Assembly: GCA_963775685.1 (NCBI GenBank)
Contig: CAVZJV010000014.1
Coordinates: 416,001-480,000, forward strand
Reading direction: 5' to 3'
From: Candidatus Bathyarchaeota archaeon
GTDB lineage: Archaea > Thermoproteota > Bathyarchaeia > Bathyarchaeales > Bathycorpusculaceae
Length of the DNA stretch: 64,000 nucleotides
In this document: in pieces, positions 1 to 11,613 of the stretch
How positions within the stretch are numbered: the first letter of the stretch is position 1
Layout: each line of letters begins with the position of its first letter
The notes under the pieces: model-generated
The model's input: only the letters and a program-made list of their open reading frames with translations
Told to the model about the DNA's origin: nothing
The model's database searches: none
Made by a program: the position numbers and the translations under genes

Positions 1-239
1 TCATGGAGAACATGTGGCTAATGGCTCAATCCTTAGGAATTAGCTTACAGATTCTGAGTTCTTTTGCCGCGCCACCAGTAGAGGAACAAGTAAAGAAGAT
101 ATTGGGCATTCCTGAACCGTTAAAGATCGCATACACCTGCCGCTTAGGTTATCCAACAGGGGCGTCCAAGTATCTCAGGGTACGCAGGGAGATAGCAGAT
201 TTTGCCCATTATAACAAGTTTGGAAACAAAGGCAAATAG
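1..239 (+). CDS. nitroreductase family protein, C-terminal part (runs off window start)
   Basis: MENMWLMAQSLGIS...VKKILGIPE...RLGYP is the typical nitroreductase C-terminal half. Confidence 0.75.
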   Translation, partial: MENMWLMAQSLGISLQILSSFAAPPVEEQVKKILGIPEPLKIAYTCRLGYPTGASKYLRVRREIADFAHYNKFGNKGK

Positions 240-758
240 AAAGAACGCCTATTGCTTCTTTCTCTCTGAAATATTTACCGTTTCTTTGGTTCCAACATTC
301 AACTATTGTTTGATTACACATTCGCTTAATTTCGAGAAGCTAAATTTTTTTCTAAAAGTAAAAGAGCGATAACTAACACAATAAGGCATGAGTAATCAGA
401 TTTTGAAAAATCCTTCAATTGCAGAACAAAACCACCTGCTCTTGCAAAAATGAACCAGCTTTTTTTGAGCTGGTTATGTTGTTTAGGCTTTGCAAAGTTT
501 GTAGGTTGAGGCTAGAAAAGGTGCGGAAAGGAGAATATATTAAGTGCTCCCCTGGGCCGTTAAGATTTAGATGGGGTTTTTTAAATCTGAAGATTGCTTG
601 GGGTTTTGCTCTCCACGAATATTTTTCCTTTGATTTTACATCATAAATCTGTAATGTTTTTTGAGGATTTTTCGGTGAACTGGTAAGGCAGGGCTGTCAG
701 CGGCGATACAACTACCTTCTTTATTTGTGCTATAAGCAAAAGAGCAAAAAAGAAATGC

Positions 759-962
759 TTATTCTTTTTCTTCTTCTTTGATTTCGCACTGCAGCTTCTT
801 TATGATTTCATCTGCTCGCAAGGGCTCAATTTTTAGGGTGTAGAGTTGGCTGGGTGTGCGAAGCTTCAATTTTACGGTGTCTTTGAGACGTTTAACTTGA
901 CATTGTTTTGCTTTGGCGCTCATGGCCACGAATTTATCAACATCAGTAATTTCAGATGGCAT
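759..962 (-). CDS. rpl38e: 50S ribosomal protein L38e
   Basis: 67 aa, MPSEITDVDKF...VKLKLRTPSQLYTLKI matches the L38e signature (KxKxRT..LYTL). Confidence 0.85.
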   Translation of the reverse strand: MPSEITDVDKFVAMSAKAKQCQVKRLKDTVKLKLRTPSQLYTLKIEPLRADEIIKKLQCEIKEEEKE

Positions 963-1151
963 AGATTTATCCTCTTATGTTAGTTCGTTGAGATGGATGC
1001 AAAGCCACGTTTTTATCTGTTTTGGTGCAACATGTGATTCCCATGGAAAACTGTAGGTTATTGCAACTCTTATATTCAATCAGCATTCAATATAACATAT
1101 AATAAAAAGTTAGGCCAAAAAAATGCTTAATTTATTGGGGAAGCAAAGCGG

Positions 1152-2387
1152 ATGAAACAAGTACACATCCTCTCACTTGTTCTGATCGTAATTCTACTTT
1201 CTGCTTCCGCAGCATTGCTTGTTTCATACTCCCTGAACAGTAACACCGAAAAAAACCCCGTTTATGTTGGTGTCGCTTTCGGCGGCGACACCATAGCTCA
1301 AGCCAAACTTATCATCGATAGAACAAAAAGTTACACCAATCTCTTCATCTTAGACTCAGGCATAAACCCAATAAGCACGAACGAAACAGCAGCAAGAGAA
1401 ATCTGCGATTATGCCGTGAACGCTGGCTTAAACATCATAATAAACATGGGCTCTTGGACTCCAAACAACTGGCCTTGGCAAATTCAATTCTTAAACACAT
1501 CCCGAGCCATCTACGACGACAAGTTCCTTGGTGCCTACTACGATGATGAACCAGGAGGAATACCTCTTGATTGGAACTGGACAAAACAATTTGCTGAAAA
1601 CAGACTGGTCTTTGGCCCAAACGGAACAGCAAATCCGCTCAGCTTAAATCCGATCTATAATAAAATTCAACTTGCAAACAAAACAGGAACCCAACCGGAA
1701 GACTACACCGTAGAAGCACAATGGTTCAATCAGCTTCTGGAGCGAAACAGAGGACACACCGATCTCAAAAGATACAACATCACAAGCTTCACATCAGACT
1801 ATGCACTATACTGGTTTGACTACATTGGAGGATATGATACTCTTTTTGCTCAGTTAGGTTGGAACGATAGTGTTAATGAGCAAATTGCCCTTCTCCGTGG
1901 AGCAGCTACCATGCAAAACAAAGATTGGGGCGCAATTATCACTTGGAAATATAATGAGGCGCCTTACCTCGACAATGGCATAAACATCTACGACCAGATG
2001 GAAACAGCCTATAGTGCTGGGGCACAATACATCACAATCTTTGACTATCCCTACAACGCAACCGATAACCCATACGGCACCATGACTGATGAGCATTTCC
2101 AAGCGCTCCAAAAATTCTGGAACCAAATTGCAAAAAAGTCATCTCCCAACTTTGTCCACGCAGAAGCTGCTTTGGTTTTGCCCAAAGACTATGGCTGGGG
2201 TATGAGAAATCCAACTGATAAGATTTGGGGCTTTTGGGGTCCAGATGACAAATCACCCATAATTTGGAATGTCACCCAAACGCTTCTAAGCCAGTATGGC
2301 TCTCGCCTGGATATTATTTACGATGACCCTGCATTCCCAATAGAGGGTAACTATTCAAAAGTCTACTATTGGAACCAAACAATCTAG
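1152..2387 (+). CDS. membrane-anchored/secreted hypothetical protein (Bathyarchaeia-type family, possibly glycoside-hydrolase-like fold)
   Basis: 411-aa ORF, N-terminal hydrophobic helix, YYDDEPGG motif, many N-x-S/T sites; a decayed paralog lies at 57820-58245. Confidence 0.75.
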   Translation: MKQVHILSLVLIVILLSASAALLVSYSLNSNTEKNPVYVGVAFGGDTIAQAKLIIDRTKSYTNLFILDSGINPISTNETAAREICDYAVNAGLNIIINMGSWTPNNWPWQIQFLNTSRAIYDDKFLGAYYDDEPGGIPLDWNWTKQFAENRLVFGPNGTANPLSLNPIYNKIQLANKTGTQPEDYTVEAQWFNQLLERNRGHTDLKRYNITSFTSDYALYWFDYIGGYDTLFAQLGWNDSVNEQIALLRGAATMQNKDWGAIITWKYNEAPYLDNGINIYDQMETAYSAGAQYITIFDYPYNATDNPYGTMTDEHFQALQKFWNQIAKKSSPNFVHAEAALVLPKDYGWGMRNPTDKIWGFWGPDDKSPIIWNVTQTLLSQYGSRLDIIYDDPAFPIEGNYSKVYYWNQTI

Positions 2388-2437
2388 AATCAACGATAAA
2401 TCAAAGAAAGGGGGTCAGGTTAGAACTACTGTTTGCT

Positions 2438-2638
2438 CTATTCTTTTTTTGATCGAATGCCAAGCTTAAGGTTTACTTCGACAGTATATTCTTTTTCTGC
2501 TTTTCCAACCGCGAAGTTCCAATCTTTAACTTCAACTTCCATATCCTTAAATTGGCTAACGATTGCATCCTTGTACTCTTGAGCGGTTTGCCCAATTTTC
2601 TGTAACTTCTCGGTAATATTAACTGATGTTTCAGACAT
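2438..2638 (-). CDS. hypothetical protein (66 aa)
   Basis: ATG at 2638 preceded by GGGAGGTG SD; MSETSVNITEKLQK... Confidence 0.65.
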   Translation of the reverse strand: MSETSVNITEKLQKIGQTAQEYKDAIVSQFKDMEVEVKDWNFAVGKAEKEYTVEVNLKLGIRSKKE

Positions 2639-2760
2639 AAATTGCACCTCCCAAAGAAAGATTAACTCTGTTAAAAGCATCAAGGGTTTTCTGCTTTTAA
2701 AAATTTGTGACTGTACAGGCACAACAGCAAACCAAAGGATCGCTTAGTTGCTTTAAAAGC

Positions 2761-2822
2761 AGTCTAGATTTAAGGTTAAACGGTAAATAGGCAACAGATA
2801 AAGAGACTTTTTACACAGTCTG
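2761..2822. mobile_element. solo terminal fragment of the IS1182-family element
   Basis: agtctagatttaaggttaa...gagactttttacacagtctg closely matches the IS end at ~39097-39157. Confidence 0.7.
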
Positions 2823-2854
2823 AAACAGGTTCAAGTCCATTTTAGAACCTTTGA

Positions 2855-3547
2855 TTAAACTTGATAGTATTGCCTCAATGGGTTTTGGGGGTCCGTCGCC
2901 AACTTTACAGATGACGGAACCACAACGCTGGGCCAATCTGCTTCGAGTTTGCGCTCAACGTCATCAACATTGATGCGGTGTATATGAAGAGCATACTTCA
3001 TCGCTTGGTCCTGCGGGTTCTCAAGCTCAAGCATTCGCTTAAGGCTTAAGTGCTCAAAGATTCTTCTAATCGGGCGCATTGAATTGCCATGGCACGAGAT
3101 AGCTATATTACCCGGCTTCAGCTTAAGCCACATTTCAAGCTGCACAACAAAGGGCAAAGTGCGGCTTTCAACCATTTTGAGGCTTTCACCGTCTGGAGGC
3201 GGAAAATCGTAACCTCGATGAACTTTGGCAAACCACTTAGGTTTTTCGGCTTCTATCTCAATCTTGCTTTTGCCCTGCAACGTGCCATAACAACGTTCTA
3301 TCAGGCGGTCGTCTATGAAAACGGGAACGTTAAGGTGGGGTTTAAGGACAATTTCAAGGGTTCTTTTGGCCCTTAAAAGATGCGATGTAAATGCATAATC
3401 AATTTTTTCTTGTTCTAGCTGTTGGGCAATCTCTTGTGCCTGTACAAGCCCTTTTGGAGTTAAGTCTGGGTCACGCCAGCCTGAGAATATTTGGTTGCTG
3501 TTGTCGGTGGTCTCAGCGTGTCTAAAGACGAACAGATTACAGATCAT
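2855..3547 (-). CDS. gpmA: 2,3-bisphosphoglycerate-dependent phosphoglycerate mutase (histidine phosphatase family)
   Basis: FRHAET (RHG-like), FSGWRDPDLT, AFTSHLLRA, ERCYG, CHGNSMR motifs; adjacent to pyk. Confidence 0.8.
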   Translation of the reverse strand: MICNLFVFRHAETTDNSNQIFSGWRDPDLTPKGLVQAQEIAQQLEQEKIDYAFTSHLLRAKRTLEIVLKPHLNVPVFIDDRLIERCYGTLQGKSKIEIEAEKPKWFAKVHRGYDFPPPDGESLKMVESRTLPFVVQLEMWLKLKPGNIAISCHGNSMRPIRRIFEHLSLKRMLELENPQDQAMKYALHIHRINVDDVERKLEADWPSVVVPSSVKLATDPQNPLRQYYQV

Positions 3548-3555
3548 AATTAGTT

Positions 3556-4950
3556 TCACCAAAATGTCGTCAGCGTTGAGGAGGATGCAAATTCTCTTAA
3601 CTCTTTTATTTTATGTATCTCTATTGAGTTGCTGGCGTGCTCCATAGCGGTTCTGATACCCTCGGTAAACAAGACAGTCTCTTCATCATCAACCAGATGC
3701 ATTTCATGAAGTCGGTTTGCAACTGCCAATAATCTGTCTTTTTCTTCACGGTAGTTTATCAGAACGGGGTACACACCGAATATGAGTTCTAGTTGTCTTT
3801 TGACCTTGATTTCAGGCGTAACGGCTATTATCGGCTGTGCAATTTTAAAGCGAGCTATCATTCTCGCAGTATATCCTGACCGCGTCAAAGGAATAACTTT
3901 GTGAACGGGCATGCTTTGGCTTATTCTCTGGATTGCCCTGCTAACCGTGTCCGATATGTTGACGAACGGGGTATCTTTAACGTTGCTCTTAACAGCTTTC
4001 TCTGTTTCATTCGCTATCCGGGCCATCATCTCAACGGCCTCCACAGGATACTGACCTACCGCTGTTTCACCCGAGAGCATAATGGCATCTGACCCATCAA
4101 GTATGGCGTTTGCAACATCACTTACTTCGGCTCTAGTGGGGTTAGGTTGATTAATCATCGATTCAAGCATCTCCGTTGCAGTAACAACAAGCTTACCTTT
4201 TTGATTACATAATTTGATGAGGGCTTTTTGAACCAGCGGTACCTTTTCAGGTTCAATTTCAACTGCCAAATCGCCTCTTGCTACCATTAATCCGCTGGCG
4301 GTATCTAAAATCTCTTCAACGTTTTGAACACCCTCAGAGTTCTCAATCTTGGCGATTATTCCGCCTTCAAAACCGTTGATCTGAGATAAATTTCTTACAT
4401 CTTGTGCGTTTCTTGTGAATGAAAGCGCGATGTATTCGATGTCGTATTTTTTCGCCAACCGTATAATTTCCAAGTCCTTCTCGAGGAAGGTTGGAACCGA
4501 AAGATGCTTGTTTGGAATGTTTACCCCTTTTCCATCTTCTATGATGCCGCTGTCCAGGGTTTGAAGGCGAAGTTTTCGATCTTTCTTTTCAACTACCCGC
4601 ATTCTAATTTTTCCATTGTCAACGTATACTTCGTCTTCAACACACATTTCGTCATAGAAATCATGATTGAAACTGACTTCTTCCCCGTCGAAGCCTATTT
4701 CCAAAATGTCGCCTTTACTAAAGACCTTTTGTTGAGATGCCCTGATTCTGATTTCTGGTCCCTTGACGTCAACAATTATGGGAATATCTGCAACTTCCCG
4801 AACGGTTTCTATAACGGATTGGTATTGAGCGAGATTTCCATAAGCGGTGTTTATCCTCACACCATTCATGCCTGCTTGGAACATCTTTTCAATTACTTTC
4901 TTTGAAAAGTTGGCGGGACCCAGAGTGCATATGATCTTTGTTTTCTTCAA
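3556..4950 (-). CDS. pyk: pyruvate kinase
   Basis: KTKIICTLGP, DVKGPEIR, IIAKIEN, MVARGDL, PTRAEVSDVANAILDGSDAIMLSGETAVGQYP; likely TTG start at 4950. Confidence 0.95.
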   Translation of the reverse strand: MKKTKIICTLGPANFSKKVIEKMFQAGMNGVRINTAYGNLAQYQSVIETVREVADIPIIVDVKGPEIRIRASQQKVFSKGDILEIGFDGEEVSFNHDFYDEMCVEDEVYVDNGKIRMRVVEKKDRKLRLQTLDSGIIEDGKGVNIPNKHLSVPTFLEKDLEIIRLAKKYDIEYIALSFTRNAQDVRNLSQINGFEGGIIAKIENSEGVQNVEEILDTASGLMVARGDLAVEIEPEKVPLVQKALIKLCNQKGKLVVTATEMLESMINQPNPTRAEVSDVANAILDGSDAIMLSGETAVGQYPVEAVEMMARIANETEKAVKSNVKDTPFVNISDTVSRAIQRISQSMPVHKVIPLTRSGYTARMIARFKIAQPIIAVTPEIKVKRQLELIFGVYPVLINYREEKDRLLAVANRLHEMHLVDDEETVLFTEGIRTAMEHASNSIEIHKIKELREFASSSTLTTFW

Positions 4951-5228
4951 AAATATCTTCTCGTTGCATATAGAATATGGCACATTCCAAGTTAAGGTTA
5001 ACGGCGAGTATTTGCGCTGCGCGCGGATTCGCACTTTAAGAAACAGTTTAGAGTAAACACTTCAAGATGCTTAAACGTGAAAGTATTGCCAAAATTCATA
5101 TCGCTTTGCTCATCGTGACCTTAATGACTCCTGCTTGTTTCACTTTGAAATGTAGCAGTGCCCTCACACTCACAACTTGTTATAAGTCTCTACACCTATC
5201 GTTCTATACTTCAGGGTGTGCCCACATT

Positions 5229-5589
5229 TTGTTCAAGACAGCCATAACCAAAAAGCAGCCCATAGAGAAACAAAAAAACCTAAACCTGCTCCACACAGTT
5301 CCATTTGAAAATGGCTTTCATTTTTTCACGGAACTCGGTAAAATTCACAGGAATTACGGCAACTAGCACTGTGGAGTTTGCCGAAAAACTCCAAACAGTA
5401 CCCATTCAATCCGTAACATTCCATTTTCAGCGTCAAGACTTTCAAAAATGGCTCAAAAACACAATTGGCGATGAAGAACTAGCTACAAGAATTAACCAAA
5501 TTAAGGCAGGGTTCCAAGATGAAAATTTGAGGAAAGCACTTTCTACAACAGTTCAAAATCGCATTGCCGAATTACAGCAACATCCCTAA
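5229..5589 (+). pseudogene. DUF5752-like small protein, +1 frameshift near 5341
   Basis: GFHFFTELGK joins FTGITATSTVEFAEKLQTVPIQSVTFHFQRQDFQKWLKNTIGDEELA after removing one A (ggtaaaattc). Confidence 0.6.
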
Positions 5590-5676
5590 ACATTCGTCAC
5601 GGAAGACAAAATAACAACATACCCTTTCCCATGAAAGTCAGATATAATATATTCAACATTAGGTAAGTGGAAAAAG

Positions 5677-6672
5677 ATGAAAATAGCATTTTATGAAGTA
5701 GAAGACTGGGAAGAAGAATACCTCAAAAAGAAGCTGAACGGTCACGTACTTAAGTTCTCAAATGAAAAACTAAGTTTGGAAAAAACCCCAGAAATAAAAG
5801 ATTTTGATGCCGTTTCAGTCTTCATCTACTCTAAAATAGATGAGCCAATCATTCGAGAAATTCCAAATTTGAAATTAATAACTACAAGATCCACCGGCTT
5901 TGACCATATCGATTTAGAAAAATGCAAGAAACAGGGAATTACAATCTGCAATGTTCCATCATACGGGGAGAACACTGTTGCCGAGCACACGTTTGCTTTG
6001 ATTTTGTCCTTGTCGAGAAACATGTGTAAGGCATGCATTAGACGTTTTGAACAGGATTTCTCAATAGAGGGATTAGAGGGGTTTGATTTGAAAGGAAAAA
6101 CTATAGGCGTCATTGGAACGGGTCAAATCGGTTTGCACGTCATAAGGATTGCAAAAGGCTTTGGCATGAACGTTTTAGCCTATGACGTTCGCCAAAACAA
6201 ACTCTTATCTGAGGTCTTAGGGTTTGAATATGTTACGCTTGAGGATCTTTTAGCTAGATCAGACGTAATTACTCTTCATGTACCCTACATGAAAGCCACA
6301 CATCATCTCATGAACAAAGATACATTCAAACTTGTTAAGAAAGGCGCCATTCTGATAAACACTGCAAGAGGCAGCATCGTGGACACTGAAGCATTAATCG
6401 AGGCTCTTGACAACAAAATACTGGCTGGTGCGGGTCTTGACGTTTTTGAAGGTGAAGAAGTTATAAAAGAGGAAAAACAGCTTTTATACGACCCTAAAAA
6501 CCTCGAAGTCTTGAACAGCCTAGTTAAGGATCATATTCTATTAAGCAAAGACAACGTCGTTTTTACTCCCCACATCGCTTTCTATAGCAAAGAAGCCTTA
6601 GAAAGAATACTTGAAACAACAGTGGAAAACATAGCTGCTTTCGTTTCGGGGAAACCGCAGAATGTTGTTTAA
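5677..6672 (+). CDS. D-2-hydroxyacid dehydrogenase (D-lactate dehydrogenase-like)
   Basis: TRSTGFDHID, NVPSYG, GVIGTGQIG Rossmann motif, INTARG, GLDVFEGE, TPHIAFYS. Confidence 0.9.
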   Translation: MKIAFYEVEDWEEEYLKKKLNGHVLKFSNEKLSLEKTPEIKDFDAVSVFIYSKIDEPIIREIPNLKLITTRSTGFDHIDLEKCKKQGITICNVPSYGENTVAEHTFALILSLSRNMCKACIRRFEQDFSIEGLEGFDLKGKTIGVIGTGQIGLHVIRIAKGFGMNVLAYDVRQNKLLSEVLGFEYVTLEDLLARSDVITLHVPYMKATHHLMNKDTFKLVKKGAILINTARGSIVDTEALIEALDNKILAGAGLDVFEGEEVIKEEKQLLYDPKNLEVLNSLVKDHILLSKDNVVFTPHIAFYSKEALERILETTVENIAAFVSGKPQNVV

Positions 6673-6760
6673 CCCAACGCGATATTGTAATTCGCAGAAT
6701 GCGGAGCAATTATTGGAATTTGTCGACTTGTGACATGACGAAATAAAAAATTATTGAATT

Positions 6761-8033
6761 ATGAGCGTGAATTGTTTGAGAATTGCGTTTTTTGTAATGA
6801 AATATCCACCTGCAATTGTTGGTGGATTGGGAACCTACGCTGAGTATATGACGAAGGAGTTTGTGGCTTTAGGATGGGATGTCTCTGTTTACACAGTTAA
6901 CCCTGGAAACCTAAAAATAAGAGAAATTTTGGGCGGTGTTGATATTCACAGGCCGCTCCTCGTTGAAGCTAGCAATGTATTTCCATTGTTTGTGGCAGAC
7001 GACCTTAAAAGATGGGGTACAAACATAAAATTCTTCACCGACATATTCGCTTACAATATGTTGGCAGCTGCACAAATGATAAACACCTCATAAAACAAGA
7101 GAACTACGACTACGCAGTTGTTTCCATTAACGACTGGTTGAGTAGCATAGCTGGAATAATCTGCAAGAATGAGTTGAAAATACCTGTAATATTTCATGTC
7201 CACTCAACCGAGTGGGGATGAAGCGGTGGAGAAGGCTCAGCTATAGTTAACCAGTTGGAGTCAGTGATGGCAGAAAAGGCCGATGGAATAATAACAGTAA
7301 GTCACGCAATGAAAGAAGATTTAGCTAAGCACGGTTGGCCAGAATCAAAAATACATGTGGTTTGGAACGGCGTTGATCCAGAAAAATATGCGCCTCAAAA
7401 AGGCAAGTCAGAGGATGTGCAGAAGCTCAGGCAAAAATACGGAATAGCCAAAGATGAAACCATGATAATTTTCCTATGCCGTTTGACGTGGGTGAAAGGT
7501 GTCAGGAATCTTGTTCAAGCGATGCCCATAGTCTTAGCTGAATATCCAAAAGCAAAGCTGGTTATACTTGGAAAGGGCGAAGAGCAGCGAGACATAACAG
7601 AACTTGCTGACCGACTTGGCATAAGCAAAAACTTAGTTTACTGCTTGGAGTTCGTGCCTGAAGACGAGCGGATTTTGCATTATGCAGCTTCTGACTTGTG
7701 CGTTTTCCTTTCTGTTTACGAGCCTTTTGATAGGTATAGTAAGCTTGGAAGCCATGTCTATGGGAAAACCCATAGTGGTCGGCGCCAAGGGTGTGGTTGG
7801 ATTCCGTGAGCAAGTCATGCCAGCCGGTCCAATGCAAAACGGCGTTCACGTAGATGGTGGGCAACCCAGTGGACATTGCGTGGGAAATCAATGAGGTACT
7901 TAAAGACCCGCAAAGAGCAAAAATTTGGGGCGAAAACGATCGCAAAAGAGTGATAGAGTATTTTACTTGGAGAAAAGCTGCCGAACAAACACTAGATATT
8001 TACAAATCACTTATTGAACTTAGCTCAAACTAA
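6761..8033 (+). pseudogene. GT4 glycosyltransferase (glycogen-synthase-like), disrupted paralog of 21531-22781
   Basis: colinear with the intact paralog but has a -1 shift near 7088, in-frame TGA at 7219, a 4-nt insertion (gata) in EPFGIV and a +1 shift near 7860. Confidence 0.85.
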
Positions 8034-8074
8034 CCTTCTGGTATTTCGAGAAATCATTGCATCTCTAAAAATAT

Positions 8075-9343
<1,269 letters not shown>

Positions 9344-9858
9344 TGTCTCACCTTTGATGCGTAAGATTGATGTGGTTTTGTAACTTTTATCTTTTTGACA
9401 CTTCGCACACTTTGTCTTGTTTCAAGTAAATAGTTGACTGACTAGTAGCCTGGAGTCGGTCTTCTAACTCTTTTCTTATGTTAAGTATTCAATGTCAGGA
9501 ACATTGTTCGATTTTTGGTTAAAGGACCCATTTATTGTACAAATAAACGCAACATACGTCGATGAGGATAATGTTCCTGTAAGCTATTATTGTGATTTTA
9601 AGTCGTATGCTATGTTTTTAGCATATTTTGGGCGGGGTGATCTTTAGAGTCAATCTGCGTAATTGACACTTAAGGCGTTTAAGCCAATACACATATAAGT
9701 GTGTAAACACATAACATCTTATGTTGATAAGCCGATAACTGAATTTGGTGAATGAAAAATGATTACAAATATAGAATTAGTCGTTTGGCAACTCACCCAT
9801 TGGAAAGATGCTTGACACGTGAAATCGTGCACAAAACTCTAAAATGGATGATTTGAAT

Positions 9859-10004
9859 ATGGGCCGAATCAGCGTGGATTTACCTGATGAGTTGGAAAAA
9901 GCAGCTCAGATTGAAAACAATAGCAAAGATTTGGCGGGAAAAAAGGAGACCTATCGCGCGCTATCGAAGAAGCAGTAAAAACGTGGGTAGTCAAAAAAGA
10001 ATAA
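9859..10004 (+). pseudogene. ribbon-helix-helix small DNA-binding protein, two +1 frameshifts
   Basis: reconstructs to MGRISVDLPDELEKQLRLKTIARFGGKKGDLSRAIEEAVKTWVVKKE. Confidence 0.65.
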
Positions 10005-10238
10005 ACCATAGCTCCCCGTCAACTCCCAATGACTCTTTTTTGAATACCCTTTCAGGGGTTAGCATTAGGGAAAGCCAGCCAGTCCTTGACACTTGAAGGC
10101 TTAGATCGCATGAGGGTGCTAGTAGCTGTGGTCCCCTGTTTTGGAATGTGTGATGAAAAAGTTCTGATTTCTGCCTTGATAACTAAAGTTACATATTACG
10201 AACTCATGTCAAATAATTAGTTTGATGGGGGTGAAACG

Positions 10239-10397
10239 TTGGTTGATAGAAATAAAAATTTGGAGCTTGTCTTCGTCGACAAAGAGAACAAGTCTTACAC
10301 GTTAGCCGAAGTTGACAGTAGAGAGCTAGCGAAAGGTCTTGAAAAAATCTCCCAAGAAATTGCAAAAAGACTCCAGTTGCAGAAAGAACAACGATAA
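10239..10397 (+). CDS. small hypothetical protein (52 aa)
   Basis: TTG start after GGGGGTGA SD; MVDRNKNLELVFVDKENKSYTLAEVDSRELAKGLEKISQEIAKRLQLQKEQR. Confidence 0.5.
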   Translation: MVDRNKNLELVFVDKENKSYTLAEVDSRELAKGLEKISQEIAKRLQLQKEQR

Positions 10398-10440
10398 CGC
10401 AGATTAGAATTCCAATAACAAGTTAATCGAGGTGAAAAAA

Positions 10441-11009
10441 ATGAGTAATGAAGAAAAAAAGACTCCGGTGAAAGCAATCGCAAAAGTTAACATTGCAGCA
10501 AAACCCGTAAAACATGTTCCAGCTATAAAAAAAATAGAGTAACACGTTCCACCAAACACGTTCCAGCAGTTCATGTTCTGACGACTTTTGACGATTTAAT
10601 GGATGATTTTCGCAGAAATTTCTTTGAAAGTGTAGCTTCTCCATATGAATGGGTAAGTTTTGAACCCATTGTTCCGGTTCGTGAGGCAACTGTTGATCTG
10701 GTTGATGAAGAAAACAGATTTGTAGTGCACGCTGAATTGCCCGGCGTAGCAAAAGACAAGATAGACGTAAGTCTTACCCAGCATGGCATCGAAATTTCAG
10801 CTGAGACAGACGTTGAAACAGAAGACAAAGAGAAGAACTTTGTTGTCAGAGAACGCGTTTACTCGCACGTTTACAAACAGCTGTCGTTCCCCGAAGAAGT
10901 AATCCCCGAGCAAGCTGAATCCACATTTAGGGACGGATTACTTGAAGTCAGTGTCCCAAAGAAGACGATTGCACCTGTACCTAAAAAGCACAAAGTCGCA
11001 GTGAAATAG
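10441..11009 (+). CDS. Hsp20/alpha-crystallin small heat shock protein (N-terminal extension out of frame in an A-run at ~10530)
   Basis: VDLVDEENRFVVHAELPGV...AESTFRDGLLEVSVPK; upstream ATG 10441 with GAGGTGA SD rejoins the frame by adding one A. Confidence 0.9.
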
Positions 11010-11069
11010 TTGTTATAAAGCGGAGCCTTTTTATGCTCAATAACTATCTCCTGCACTATTTTTGGGAAA

Positions 11070-11591
11070 TCACACCTGACGTGCGTTAGAGAAACCAGTA
11101 GCCTCGTACTCACCACCATAGTTGATGTAGTGCTCTGCAAGTTGCTTATCTTTTGTCCTAGGATCCGAACCGTTGCACATTTGAACAAACGTATTCCGCA
11201 ACATCATAACTCCTTCACTTGATATCTTAAAGGGCAACTCATTCCGCTCATACGCAGCCAATATTGATGACACACCATCTATGTACATTCTATTTTCCAA
11301 AATGTTTTCGCGTTTTTTCCTATATGCTTTGAACGAACTTGAAACCGTACTGCTTGTGATTTGATCAATACAGTCATTGCACACATGTAGTCTGTCACCC
11401 TTTTCGTTTCTGATGACTGAAACATCAAAAATAGGATAATTACCGCAAACATCACATTTCATATGCTGCGCTGAAGCAAAATTATCTATTAAACAATATG
11501 TTTTCCCTTTATATAGAAAAGACCCCCCGATCTCGATGCATTTAGGGATAGTTCGGCTCAACGTCAGCAAAACACCATAAGTTTTTGTCAA
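11070..11591 (-). CDS. hypothetical protein with Zn-ribbon-like CxxC...CxxC
   Basis: CDVC and CNDC pairs in a 173-aa ORF. Confidence 0.55.
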   Translation of the reverse strand: MTKTYGVLLTLSRTIPKCIEIGGSFLYKGKTYCLIDNFASAQHMKCDVCGNYPIFDVSVIRNEKGDRLHVCNDCIDQITSSTVSSSFKAYRKKRENILENRMYIDGVSSILAAYERNELPFKISSEGVMMLRNTFVQMCNGSDPRTKDKQLAEHYINYGGEYEATGFSNARQV

Positions 11592-11613
11592 TTTGCCTAT
11601 CAGTCACACCAGT

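Noticed and set aside
419-646. 75-aa Cys-containing ORF
   Set aside because: No recognisable motif or SD; AT-rich intergenic-like composition.
7216-7224. Selenocysteine or readthrough at the in-frame TGA in GT4 copy 1
   Set aside because: The position is Arg in the intact paralog (EWGRS) and the gene has several other lesions.
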